44,916 bases of DNA from Longimicrobiales bacterium (GTDB lineage Bacteria; Gemmatimonadota; Gemmatimonadetes; Longimicrobiales; Gaopeijiaceae): assembly GCA_965197725.1 (NCBI GenBank), contig CBDANQ010000007.1:1-44916 (forward strand). Reading direction: 5' to 3'. The notes beneath the pieces were generated by a model. It had not been told where the DNA came from, ran no database searches, and saw only the letters and a program-made list of their open reading frames with translations. Each line of letters begins with the position of its first letter. Position 1 is the first letter of the stretch. This document shows positions 30,847 to 39,548 of the stretch, piece after piece. The position numbers and the translations under genes are program-made.

Positions 30847-32286
30847 CTACAGCTCCTCAGAACGAATGACCACCAGCTTCCTGATCTGCATGTCCTCCAT
30901 CGTATAGGGGATCCCCCCGACGCCCATGCCCGACTCCCTCAGGCCCGCGAACGGCATCCAATCCACGCGGAAAGCGGGGTGATCGTTCACCATCACAGCG
31001 GAGGCGTCGAGCCGGCGGGAAGCCCGCAGGGCAGTATCGAGATCCTTCGTGAACACCGACGCCTGGAAAGCGTAGGGAAGCGAGTTCGACCGGACGATCG
31101 CTTCATCGATGTCGTCGTACGGATACACGCAGACGACCGGACCAAATATTTCCGAGGTCGAGACCCGCGCGTCGCGTGGCGGATCGTACAGCACGGTGGG
31201 CGCGTAACACGTTTCGGAGGCGGGTCCGCCGCCGGCGAGAAGCTCACCACCCCCGTCGACCGCTTCCTCCACCCACTCTGCTACGCGCTCCACTTCGGCT
31301 GGACGGATCAAGGGGCCTACCTCGGTGTCCGGACGGGTCGGATCTCCGACCTCGAGAGCCGTCGCCGCTTCGGCCAGGCGCTCGGCCAAATCGTGAGCGA
31401 CGCTGCGGTGGGCGAACACACGCTGAACCGAAACGCAGACCTGGCCCGCGTGGTAGAATCCACCCTTGCTGATCAGGGGGAGCGCGCGCTCGAGGTCCGC
31501 GTCCTCCGCCACGAGGACAGGTGCCGCACCTCCGTGTTCCAGGGCACAGCGGGTGCCGGGCGCGAGCTTGGAGCGCAACATCCAACCCACACGAGCGCTG
31601 CCGATGAAGCTGAAGAAGCCCACCCTTCGGTCCGTGGCCAGGGATCCGGCGACCTCCAGACCGGTGGTCACGAGGCCCTGGCACCATTCCTCGGGTAGAC
31701 CCGCCTCGCGGAGGACTCCCACGAAGCGCATCCCCGACAGGGGCGTCGCCTCGGCCGGCTTGACGATGCACGGACACCCGGCCGCGACGGCCGGCCCTAC
31801 CTGGTGGACGATCAGGTTCAACGGATGGTTGAAGGCGCTGAACGCGACCACGACGCCAATGGGCTCATGGCGGGTGAACGCCAATCGGTTCGCCGACGCG
31901 GCGTTGAGTCCCATTGGGATTTCCTCGCCGTGCTGAGTGCGCAGAAATTCTACGCACTCGTGCACGCCATCGACCGCCCGATCCACCTCGACCCGCGAAT
32001 CGACGAGCGGCTTTCCGCCCTCGCGCGCGGCTTCGACCGCTAGCTCCTCTCGTCGGTCCTGCATGATGGCGGCGGCACGCCTCAGAATCTCAATCCGGCG
32101 GGCCGCGCTGAGCCACCCGTCCCTGTCGCGGAAAAGTCGGTAGGCCGTGTCCAGCGCCTTCTCTACGACCTGCGGTCCTCCGCGCTCTACGGTGGCGATC
32201 AGGCTCCGATCGTAGGGCGCACGTACGTCCATGGGCTGGCTGTCCGGCCTAGCGCCGGGAACCATGAGTGGGAAATGCTCAGGCAT
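30847..32286 (-). CDS. Aldehyde dehydrogenase (possibly succinate-semialdehyde dehydrogenase)
   Basis: AFNHP, KPAEATP, FIGS, LEHGG, GQVCVS and EIFGP motifs. Confidence 0.92.
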   Translation of the reverse strand: MPEHFPLMVPGARPDSQPMDVRAPYDRSLIATVERGGPQVVEKALDTAYRLFRDRDGWLSAARRIEILRRAAAIMQDRREELAVEAAREGGKPLVDSRVEVDRAVDGVHECVEFLRTQHGEEIPMGLNAASANRLAFTRHEPIGVVVAFSAFNHPLNLIVHQVGPAVAAGCPCIVKPAEATPLSGMRFVGVLREAGLPEEWCQGLVTTGLEVAGSLATDRRVGFFSFIGSARVGWMLRSKLAPGTRCALEHGGAAPVLVAEDADLERALPLISKGGFYHAGQVCVSVQRVFAHRSVAHDLAERLAEAATALEVGDPTRPDTEVGPLIRPAEVERVAEWVEEAVDGGGELLAGGGPASETCYAPTVLYDPPRDARVSTSEIFGPVVCVYPYDDIDEAIVRSNSLPYAFQASVFTKDLDTALRASRRLDASAVMVNDHPAFRVDWMPFAGLRESGMGVGGIPYTMEDMQIRKLVVIRSEEL

Positions 32287-32321
32287 ACTCGTATCTCCGG
32301 TTGTTCGGCCACCCGACCGCC

Positions 32322-33956
32322 TTAATCGGAGCAGACCAAATTCCCCAGCTTTTCCGTCAACTTCATGTTCTCTGAGTAGTCCACCGGGCAGTCGATGATC
32401 ACGACCGTGTCGTCGGCGATGGCCTGCTCCAGCGTAGGCCCCAACTCGTCGGCGGTTTGTACTCGATAGCCCTTGGCCCCGAAGCTCTCCGCGAACTTCA
32501 CGAAGTTCGGATTGTTGCAGTCGATGTGGCTGGCGCGTCCCAAGTGGCGCAGTTGATGCCAGCGGATCAGACCGTACTCACTGTCGTTCCAGATGAGGAT
32601 GATGATGGGCGTTCCGATACGCAGCGCGGTCTCGATCTCCTGGCAGTTCATCAGGAAGCCGGCATCGCCCGTGATCGTTACCGCCGTACGCTCAGGATGG
32701 GCCAGCTTCGCTGCGATAGCCCCGGGCACGCCGATCCCCATCGAAGCGAAACCGTTCGAGATGACGCAGGTGTTCGGGCGCTCAGCCTGGTAGAGCCGGG
32801 CGGTCCACATCTTGTGGGCCCCCACGTCGCTGATGACGATGTCCTCCGGCGCGAGCATCTGGCGGAGGTCCCACAGGATTCGCTGGGGCACCATGGGGAA
32901 CGCCGGGTTCTCCGCGTGCTCGGAGTGCTCCTGGAGCACGAGGTCCCGTAGTGCCCCGAGTTTTGGTTCGCGCTGGGGCCGCGCCGCTTCACCGATCCGC
33001 CGCAGTGATTCACCGATGTCGCCGATGACTCCGGCGGCCAGCATGTAGTGCTCATCCACCTCGGCCGGCGTCTCGTCTACGTGAAGGAGTTGCGCGTGTT
33101 TCTCTGGATGCCACAGGTAGGGATGGTACTCGACCATGTCGTAGCCTACGCAGATGATCACGTCCGCACGGTCCAGTCCGCAGCTCACGTAGTCGTGGGC
33201 CTGCAAGCCCACGGCCCCCAGGCTGAGGGGGTGTGAGAACGGTACGGCGCCCTTGGCCATGAACGTGGTCGCGACGGGGATCCGGAGCCTCTCCGCGAAC
33301 GCCTGGAGTTGAGCCGTGCCTCCGGAGCGGATGACGCCGTTCCCCGCCATGATGATGGGGTGCTGCGCGCTCGAGATGATCTCAGCGGCCTGCACGATCT
33401 TGGCCTCAGCGGCCTCCGGGGTAGTGGCTGCCTGCACCTTGAGCGGCTCCTTTCCTTGTACGTCGGCGCCGGCGACGTTCTCGGGAAAGTCGATGAAGCT
33501 GACGCCTGGCTTCTCCGCGATCGCCTGCTTGAACGCCTTGCGAACCACCTCGGGAATGGTCTCCGGCTCCCGGATCTGCACGCCGTACTTGCATATGGGA
33601 GCGAAGAGCCCGACCAGATCGAGGTACTGGTGGCTCTCCTTGTGCATCCGTGTGGTGGCCGCCTGGCCGGCGATGGCCACGACAGGCGCCCGGTCCATGT
33701 TCGCGTCCGCTACTCCGGTCACCAGATTCGTAGCGCCCGGACCGAGGGTCGACAGGCACACTCCCGCTCTGCCCGTCAGCCGTCCGTATACGTCGGCCAT
33801 GAAGGCCGCGCCCTGCTCATGTCGCGTAGTGATGAAGCGGATCGGGCTGTCGAGCAGGACGTCCATCATGTCGATGTTCTCCTCGCCCGGGATGCCGAAG
33901 ATGTAGTCTACATCTTCGTTCTCGAGGCATCGGACAAGAAGCTCAGCAGCTTTCAT
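32322..33956 (-). CDS. ThDP-dependent acetolactate-synthase-like enzyme (2-oxoglutarate decarboxylase-like clade)
   Basis: FGIPGEEN, RHEQGAAFMA, GPGATN, ESHQY, DVGAHKMW, GDAGF..N and C-terminal PVDYSEN. Confidence 0.85.
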   Translation of the reverse strand: MKAAELLVRCLENEDVDYIFGIPGEENIDMMDVLLDSPIRFITTRHEQGAAFMADVYGRLTGRAGVCLSTLGPGATNLVTGVADANMDRAPVVAIAGQAATTRMHKESHQYLDLVGLFAPICKYGVQIREPETIPEVVRKAFKQAIAEKPGVSFIDFPENVAGADVQGKEPLKVQAATTPEAAEAKIVQAAEIISSAQHPIIMAGNGVIRSGGTAQLQAFAERLRIPVATTFMAKGAVPFSHPLSLGAVGLQAHDYVSCGLDRADVIICVGYDMVEYHPYLWHPEKHAQLLHVDETPAEVDEHYMLAAGVIGDIGESLRRIGEAARPQREPKLGALRDLVLQEHSEHAENPAFPMVPQRILWDLRQMLAPEDIVISDVGAHKMWTARLYQAERPNTCVISNGFASMGIGVPGAIAAKLAHPERTAVTITGDAGFLMNCQEIETALRIGTPIIILIWNDSEYGLIRWHQLRHLGRASHIDCNNPNFVKFAESFGAKGYRVQTADELGPTLEQAIADDTVVIIDCPVDYSENMKLTEKLGNLVCSD

Positions 33957-34030
33957 GTGTCGCTCCCTTCTCTCTGTGCTCGCGGTTCACGGAATATAAT
34001 CCAGGACCGCGCGCTCCCTTGGAGGCCCAG

Positions 34031-34456
34031 ATGATCCGAGTTGCTCTCGATTTCGCCCGTACGATGCTACGCTTCCCTGGCGGCTGGCTCGTATGGGTCG
34101 CTGCGCTCATCCTCGTCAATGGCGTCACGCCGATCGTGTTCCTCCCGGAGCCAGAGGCAGTCATCACGCTCGCGACCTTCATGCTGGCTGCGATGCTGCA
34201 GATGGCGCTCTTCGGTCGACTCGGTTTCGTCCGTCTCCTCGGGATCGGCCACATCCCGTGGTTGGCCCTGGTCCCATGGGCCTGGCTGCGTAGCGGAGCC
34301 CTGCCCCTCGCTTCTCCGATGCGCATCTGGCTGATCGGCCTCGTCCTGCTCAACACCGCTTCGCTCCTCATCGACGCGGCCGACGTCGTACGCTACCTAC
34401 GCGGAGAGCGGGAGCCTGTCTTGACATTAGATGAAGGCCCCGACCTCATACCATGA
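34031..34456 (+). CDS. Hypothetical membrane protein (about 4 TM helices)
   Basis: GGAGG RBS; hydrophobic helices with GFVRLLGIGHIPW. Confidence 0.7.
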   Translation: MIRVALDFARTMLRFPGGWLVWVAALILVNGVTPIVFLPEPEAVITLATFMLAAMLQMALFGRLGFVRLLGIGHIPWLALVPWAWLRSGALPLASPMRIWLIGLVLLNTASLLIDAADVVRYLRGEREPVLTLDEGPDLIP

Positions 34457-35294
34457 ATTCGAGGACGAGAACGAGAATTCCCACGCCCCCGAATACGACC
34501 CCCAGTCCCTGTTCCATGGTGTGTGCGGGGAGGTACTTCCCCACTCGGCTTCCGAAGGTGCTTCCGATCAAGACGCCCGGGATGCTCCACCCGACCACTT
34601 GCCAAACCGGTTGGGCTGAGAGTGCGTGAATTCCGGCGCCCACGGCTGCCACGACCGCGAGCGTAAAGACGCTGGTGGCGATGGCGACGCGTGGTGGGAG
34701 TCGGCAGCGCACCACGAGCTGAGTGGTAGAGATCTCAGGTAGACCGGCGCTGATCATCCCGGTGAGCACGCCGCCCACCGCCGCCATCAGCACACCCGGT
34801 ACCCTCCAACATGTGGGATACTCGTAGACCGAACCGTCCCGCGCTCGGATCACCGTGGTCCCTTTGCCCTCGGACTTGCCGTCGATTAGGGACACCGCCC
34901 TGTCGCCGGGCTCGCACTGCTCCGGGGAGCGCACGAGAATTAGAAACGCGGCCAGGACGAGCAGACCGATTCCAAAGATCCCTTTGAGGACTCGGTCCGA
35001 CACCATGTCGGCGCCGACCGCACCCAGCACCACCGCGGGTACGCTACCCAACAGAAGCCACCGCGCGGCCGCGTAGTCCACGAGCTTGGCCCTCACATAC
35101 GAGCGAAGGCCATTGCCCATCCCAAAGACTTCAGTCAGGAGGCCCGCCCCCACGGCCTGCACAGGTGTGAGACCGACGACGAGCATGAAGAATGGGCTAA
35201 AGAAAAGCGCCCCGGAAACCCCCGAACCGATCGCCACGGTCGAGAAAGCGATGGACGCCGGAAAGACCCACCATAACTGCGAGAATGTGTACAC
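34446..35294 (-). CDS. Sulfite exporter TauE/SafE family protein
   Basis: Multi-TM; GVSGALFFSPFF, AVGAGLL, AIATS and PGVLIG repeat pattern. Confidence 0.85.
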   Translation of the reverse strand: MYTFSQLWWVFPASIAFSTVAIGSGVSGALFFSPFFMLVVGLTPVQAVGAGLLTEVFGMGNGLRSYVRAKLVDYAAARWLLLGSVPAVVLGAVGADMVSDRVLKGIFGIGLLVLAAFLILVRSPEQCEPGDRAVSLIDGKSEGKGTTVIRARDGSVYEYPTCWRVPGVLMAAVGGVLTGMISAGLPEISTTQLVVRCRLPPRVAIATSVFTLAVVAAVGAGIHALSAQPVWQVVGWSIPGVLIGSTFGSRVGKYLPAHTMEQGLGVVFGGVGILVLVLEFMV

Positions 35295-36102
35295 GGGTTT
35301 CGCACCTTCGCTGCGAGCTAAGACTCACCCTCACAGCACCTACGCGCCGCCTCGCACAGCCCTCGGCTGCCCGGAAGCCTCTAGTACGGTAGCCCCAGAA
35401 TGATGAACAACCTCGTGGTTTCGTCGCTGACGCCGACTCCCGCCCGAACGATATAGGGCTGCCTGACCGGTTGGAACCAGACACCTCCGCCGAGGCTGGT
35501 ATGCCATCCTCCAGGCGAAGCCCCATCAAGGTACACGCGTCCCGCGTCAGCAAACCCGAACACGCCTGTGCCCACCGGAATCACGACCCGAGGACGCCAC
35601 ATCCGGAGCCGGAGCTCGGCGCTGCCGAACGCTGATGCGTCCCCGGCGAAGCGCTGCTCGTGCCATCCGCGGATTGTCGACGTACCACCCACGAAGGCGG
35701 CTTCATACCAAGGGAACCGGCCCCCAACCTGCTCACCGCTCGCCCGCAGTGCGAGCGAGATCCACGGGTCGGGAGACGGCGCCAACAGCGTGGACACTTC
35801 AGCGCCCGCCCTGGCAAACGCGCGCTCGACGTCGAGGAGCTCCGGGAAGGTTGTACCACTGAGCGAGACACGGATCCGGTTGCCGGTCGTCTCGGAATCG
35901 ACCAACGGGTCCAAAACGAGGCTACCCGTGACGCCGAGCTGGATGAACTGCTCGTCCCCGTAGATCGAGCCCAGGGTGGGGAAGAAGCGTCCAGTGTTCT
36001 CGCCGGTGCTGGAGCGCGCTAGGATTAGGCCACCCGACAGGATGAAACTGGAGTTAGCCCCTGACGGTGGACACCTATTCTCTTTAGAGAGAGGAGTCCA
36101 CG

Positions 36103-36417
36103 ATGCCAAGAACGAGACCGCCGTATTCGTTGGAGTTCCGCCAGCAGATGGTGGAGCTGGTCAAAGCAGGTCGCACGCCTGAGGAGCTGAGTCGGGAGTT
36201 TGAGCCCACAGCGCAGACGATCCACAATTGGGTGAAGCAGACGGACCTCGACACGGGAGTCAGAAGCGACGGCCTGACGTCGTCAGAGCGCGAGGAGCTC
36301 CGCGAGCTTCGGCGTGAGAACAAGCGGCTTCGTGTCGAGCGGGAGATCCTAAAAAAAGCCGCGGCCTGGTTCGCTCAGGAGTCCGACTCGGTGCCCCCGA
36401 AGCGTTCGAGTTCGTGA
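36103..36417 (+). CDS. IS3 transposase OrfA
   Basis: YSLEFRQQMVEL HTH and ELRRENKRLRVEREILKKAAAWF; A7G slippery site at 36351-36358 for a -1 frameshift. Confidence 0.92.
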   Translation: MPRTRPPYSLEFRQQMVELVKAGRTPEELSREFEPTAQTIHNWVKQTDLDTGVRSDGLTSSEREELRELRRENKRLRVEREILKKAAAWFAQESDSVPPKRSSS

Positions 36418-37030
36418 GGGCCAACCAGGCCGAGTTCAGCGTGCAGATGATGTGCGAAGTCCTGAGCGTCTCGCCCAGCGGGTACTACGCATGGAGAAAG
36501 CGTCCTCCATCGCATCGCGCGGTCGAGAACGAGCGACTGCTAGGTCGGATGCGTGAGATCCACACGTTCAGCCGTGAGACGTATGGCCAGCCACGGATGT
36601 ACGCCGAGCTCAGGGACGACGGCTGGCAGGTCAACCACAAGCGGGTGCGTCGTCTGATGAGGCTGGCAGGACTACAAGGCGCTACGCGGCGAAGGAAGTG
36701 GCGCACGACGAAGCGAAACAGAGATGCTCGACCTGCCCCCGATCTCGTCGCGCGCGACTTCAGTGTGCACGGCCCGGACCAGCTCTGGGTTGCCGACATC
36801 ACCTACGTGCCGACCTGGAGCGGCTTCTTGTACCTGTCAGTCGTCGTCGATGCGTGGAGCCGCCATGTGGTCGGATGGTCGATGAAGACGCATCTCAAGA
36901 CCGATCTCGTGCTCGACGCGCTGAACATGGCGCTGCAGCAACGACGACCGAACGGTGTCATCCATCATAGCGATCAGGGTACCCAGGGTGAATTCAAGCG
37001 GTCGTCGCAACACCTCGAGGAGGAGTTGCG

Positions 37031-38419
37031 ATGGAGGCAAGCAAGCGCCGACGAGCGGATCGAGCTCTACGTCCACAGATGCGTTCACCAGGCCGTCCGC
37101 CGGTGGGACGCCGCGAGCATCGGCAGAGGTTCTGGGAAGAGGTCGCTCGAGGTCTGTCGAGCGAGGAGGCCGCCGTGGCAGCGGGTGTGTCCCCCGCTGT
37201 CGGGGTGCGCTGGTTTCGCGAATGTGGTGGCATGGCACCCCTCAATCTTCGTCCCCAGTCACGGCGCTATCTTTCGTTCGTTGAGCGAGAAGAGATCGCC
37301 GTTCTTCGAGCCCGTGGTCGTGGCGTGCGCGAGATCGCCCGGCAGTTGGGCCGCTCACCCTCGACGATCTCGCGAGAACTGGGGCGAAACGCAGCTACAC
37401 GGGGAGGCAATCTCGAGTATCGGGCCACGACCGCTCAATGGCACGCCGATCGGCGAGCGAAACGTCCCAAGCTTGCGAAGCTCGCTACGAACGGTGAACT
37501 GAGGCAGTATGTACAGGATCGCCTCGGAGGCCTGATCGCGGCTTCAGATGGTACGGCCGTGGCGGGCCCCGATGTGCGCTGGATCGGACGGCGTCGCGGT
37601 CGCCGACAAGACCGGCGGTGGGCGGTCTCGTGGAGTCCCGAGCAGATCGCCAACAGGCTACGGGTCGACTTCCCCGACGATGAGTCCATGCGTATATCGC
37701 ACGAAGCCATCTACCAGGCGCTCTACGTTCAGGGCCGTGGTGCGCTGCGACGGGAGCTGACAGCGTGCCTTCGGACGGGACGCGCGCTACGGGTGCCTCG
37801 AGCTCGCACCCGCGGACGGGGCAAGACGTTCGTTCACCCCGAGATCATGCTCAGTGAGCGACCGGCCGAGGCAGACGACCGCGCCGTTCCCGGGCACTGG
37901 GAAGGCGACCTGATCCTGGGACTGGGCAGTTCGGCGATCGGAACGCTGGTCGAGCGGGCCTCCCGGTTTACGATGCTGCTCCACCTCCCCCGCCTTGACA
38001 AACACGGCGAGCCCAGGACCAAGAACGGTCCAGCGTTGGCTGGACACGGTGCCGAAGCCGTCCGGGACGCGATTGCTTCGTCGATCACGACCCTGCCCGA
38101 GCAACTCCGCCGGTCTCTGACATGGGACCAGGGAACAGAGATGGCTCAGCACGAACGGCTTCGCATCGATACTGGCCTGGCCGTCTACTTCTGCGACCCG
38201 CAGAGCCCGTGGCAGCGCGGCACGAACGAAAACACGAACGGCCTGTTGAGACAGTACTTCCCGAAGGGCACCGACCTCAGCAGACATACCGCTGACGATC
38301 TCGCCGCCGTCGCAGCCGCTCTCAACAGCCGCCCCCGCAAGACCCTCGGTTGGAGAACTCCGGCGGAAACCTTGGAAAATCTGTTGTCATCAAAGGACCA
38401 GACCTCAACCTTGCGTTGA
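37031..38419 (+). CDS. IS30 transposase (extreme C-terminus altered by a 181-bp insert)
   Basis: LGRSPSTISRE HTH, SHEAIYQALY, GHWEGDLI, TWDQGTEM and SPWQRGTNENTNGLLRQYFPKG. Confidence 0.93.
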   Translation: MEASKRRRADRALRPQMRSPGRPPVGRREHRQRFWEEVARGLSSEEAAVAAGVSPAVGVRWFRECGGMAPLNLRPQSRRYLSFVEREEIAVLRARGRGVREIARQLGRSPSTISRELGRNAATRGGNLEYRATTAQWHADRRAKRPKLAKLATNGELRQYVQDRLGGLIAASDGTAVAGPDVRWIGRRRGRRQDRRWAVSWSPEQIANRLRVDFPDDESMRISHEAIYQALYVQGRGALRRELTACLRTGRALRVPRARTRGRGKTFVHPEIMLSERPAEADDRAVPGHWEGDLILGLGSSAIGTLVERASRFTMLLHLPRLDKHGEPRTKNGPALAGHGAEAVRDAIASSITTLPEQLRRSLTWDQGTEMAQHERLRIDTGLAVYFCDPQSPWQRGTNENTNGLLRQYFPKGTDLSRHTADDLAAVAAALNSRPRKTLGWRTPAETLENLLSSKDQTSTLR

Positions 38420-38567
38420 AATGCTCTACCGCTCCCGTATCTCCAGCCTTCAACGACCTTCGGTCGCTTCTGACTCCCTCGGGTTGGGAGACATCAAGAA
38501 CTGACTTCTTTCTGTCTGGACCCCATCGCCCTCGCCAGCCTAGTGTCCAGCAACATCGGGGCGCATG
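38387..38567 (-). mobile_element. 181-bp non-coding, structured insert in the IS30 3' end (miniature element candidate)
   Basis: Flanked by TG on both sides. Excision restores ...ENLLKTLQHGTVATTA* ending inside the IS30 right IR. Nested stems are visible on the minus strand. Confidence 0.55.
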
Positions 38568-39548
38568 AAAACCCTTCAACACGGTACTGTTGCGACGACC
38601 GCTTGAACCTAGGCAGTACACCTCGATCGCCTTCGGCCTACGCTGCAAAGAGGCCAGCGTCCGACCCTCGATGGGCTCGGTCGGCGACGCGTACGATAAC
38701 GCGATGTGCGAGAGCTTCTTCGCCACGCTCGAGACCGAACTCATCGAACGAAAGAGCTTCCGCAATCAGGCCGAGGCCAGGATGGCCGTGTTCGACTTCA
38801 TCGAAGCCTGGTACAATCCCCACCGACGGCACTCTGCCCTCGGCCAATTGTCTCCTCTTAACTACGAAAAGGAACACGCCCCCGCCGCGTGAATCTCTAG
38901 TCCAAAACCGTCCACCGTGCGGGGCCAACTCCAAACGGGGGCTTGGGGAGACTCCGAGCCCAAGCTCCAGCGCGGCCGCTGTCTGATCGACTTTGTGTAA
39001 GGATCGCCCGCCCGAGGGAGTCGTGTTGCCCAGTCCGTAATAGTGGAGGACGTCCAGCCGTGAGATACGGGTCCCGATCGTAAAGAAGACGGAGGAGTTC
39101 TCCCGCTTCAGGCGTCCGTCGATCTCGACCCGTCCTTTGTTAAGGGTAGGTGCGAATGCGCCGCGAACGTCGAAGGCGGAACGATAGGGTCGCTTGCGGA
39201 AGCCGAAGCCCTCCACGTGTGCGCCGCCGCCCAACAAGAGCCCGAGATCCGACGAATAAGTGGTCGCGAAGATCGGAAGGGTCCGTCTGCCCCATTCCCG
39301 CGGCTGATCCCGGTCTTCCTCACTCCACACCCACTCTTCGAAGTGCTTCGTGTTAAGGGACGGCGGATCGGATCCCGAAACCGAGTTCTCGCCCTCGGAG
39401 TCGTAGAGGCGAACGCGGCGTCCTGAATTCTCGAATTCGAAACGATCGTCACCCGGGCCCCCGATCACCCGCACGACCGTGTTCGCGTCGGCGCCGCCAC
39501 GAAAGACGACACGGTCGTCGCCGCCCTTCAGGTAGATCCTGATGGGTT

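Larger units (their letters stand above)
36987..38613 (+). mobile_element. IS30-family element
   Basis: Perfect 20-bp inverted core TTCAAGCGGTCGTCGCAACA (36993-37012, 38588-38607); CAG duplicated at 36984-36986 and 38614-38616. Confidence 0.88.
36414..38892 (+). pseudogene. IS3 transposase OrfB interrupted by IS30 at HSDQGTQ/YTS
   Basis: WVADITY and HHSDQGTQ up to 36986; continues YTSIAF...AYDNAMCESFFATLETE...YNPHRRHS from 38617. Confidence 0.9.
36049..38933 (+). mobile_element. IS3-family element carrying a nested IS30
   Basis: TIRs TGGAGTTAGCCCCTGACGGTGGAC and TGGAGTTGGCCCCGCACGGTGGAC; TG...CA ends; 3-bp TSD AAC (36046-36048, 38934-38936). Confidence 0.92.
35381..39545 (-). pseudogene. 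Omp85-type outer-membrane protein, copy 2; split by IS3 and truncated at the 5' end
   Basis: 35381-36048 and 38934-39545 align with the C-terminal half of copy 1. Removing the IS3 restores VSPSPRFILSGG (copy 1 has VSPSPRFVLSGG). Homology stops near IRIYLKGGDD at about 39545. Confidence 0.88.

Noticed and set aside
36987..37502. C-terminal part of the 362-aa IS3 OrfB ORF
   Set aside because: Read-through into IS30 sequence, not a real domain.
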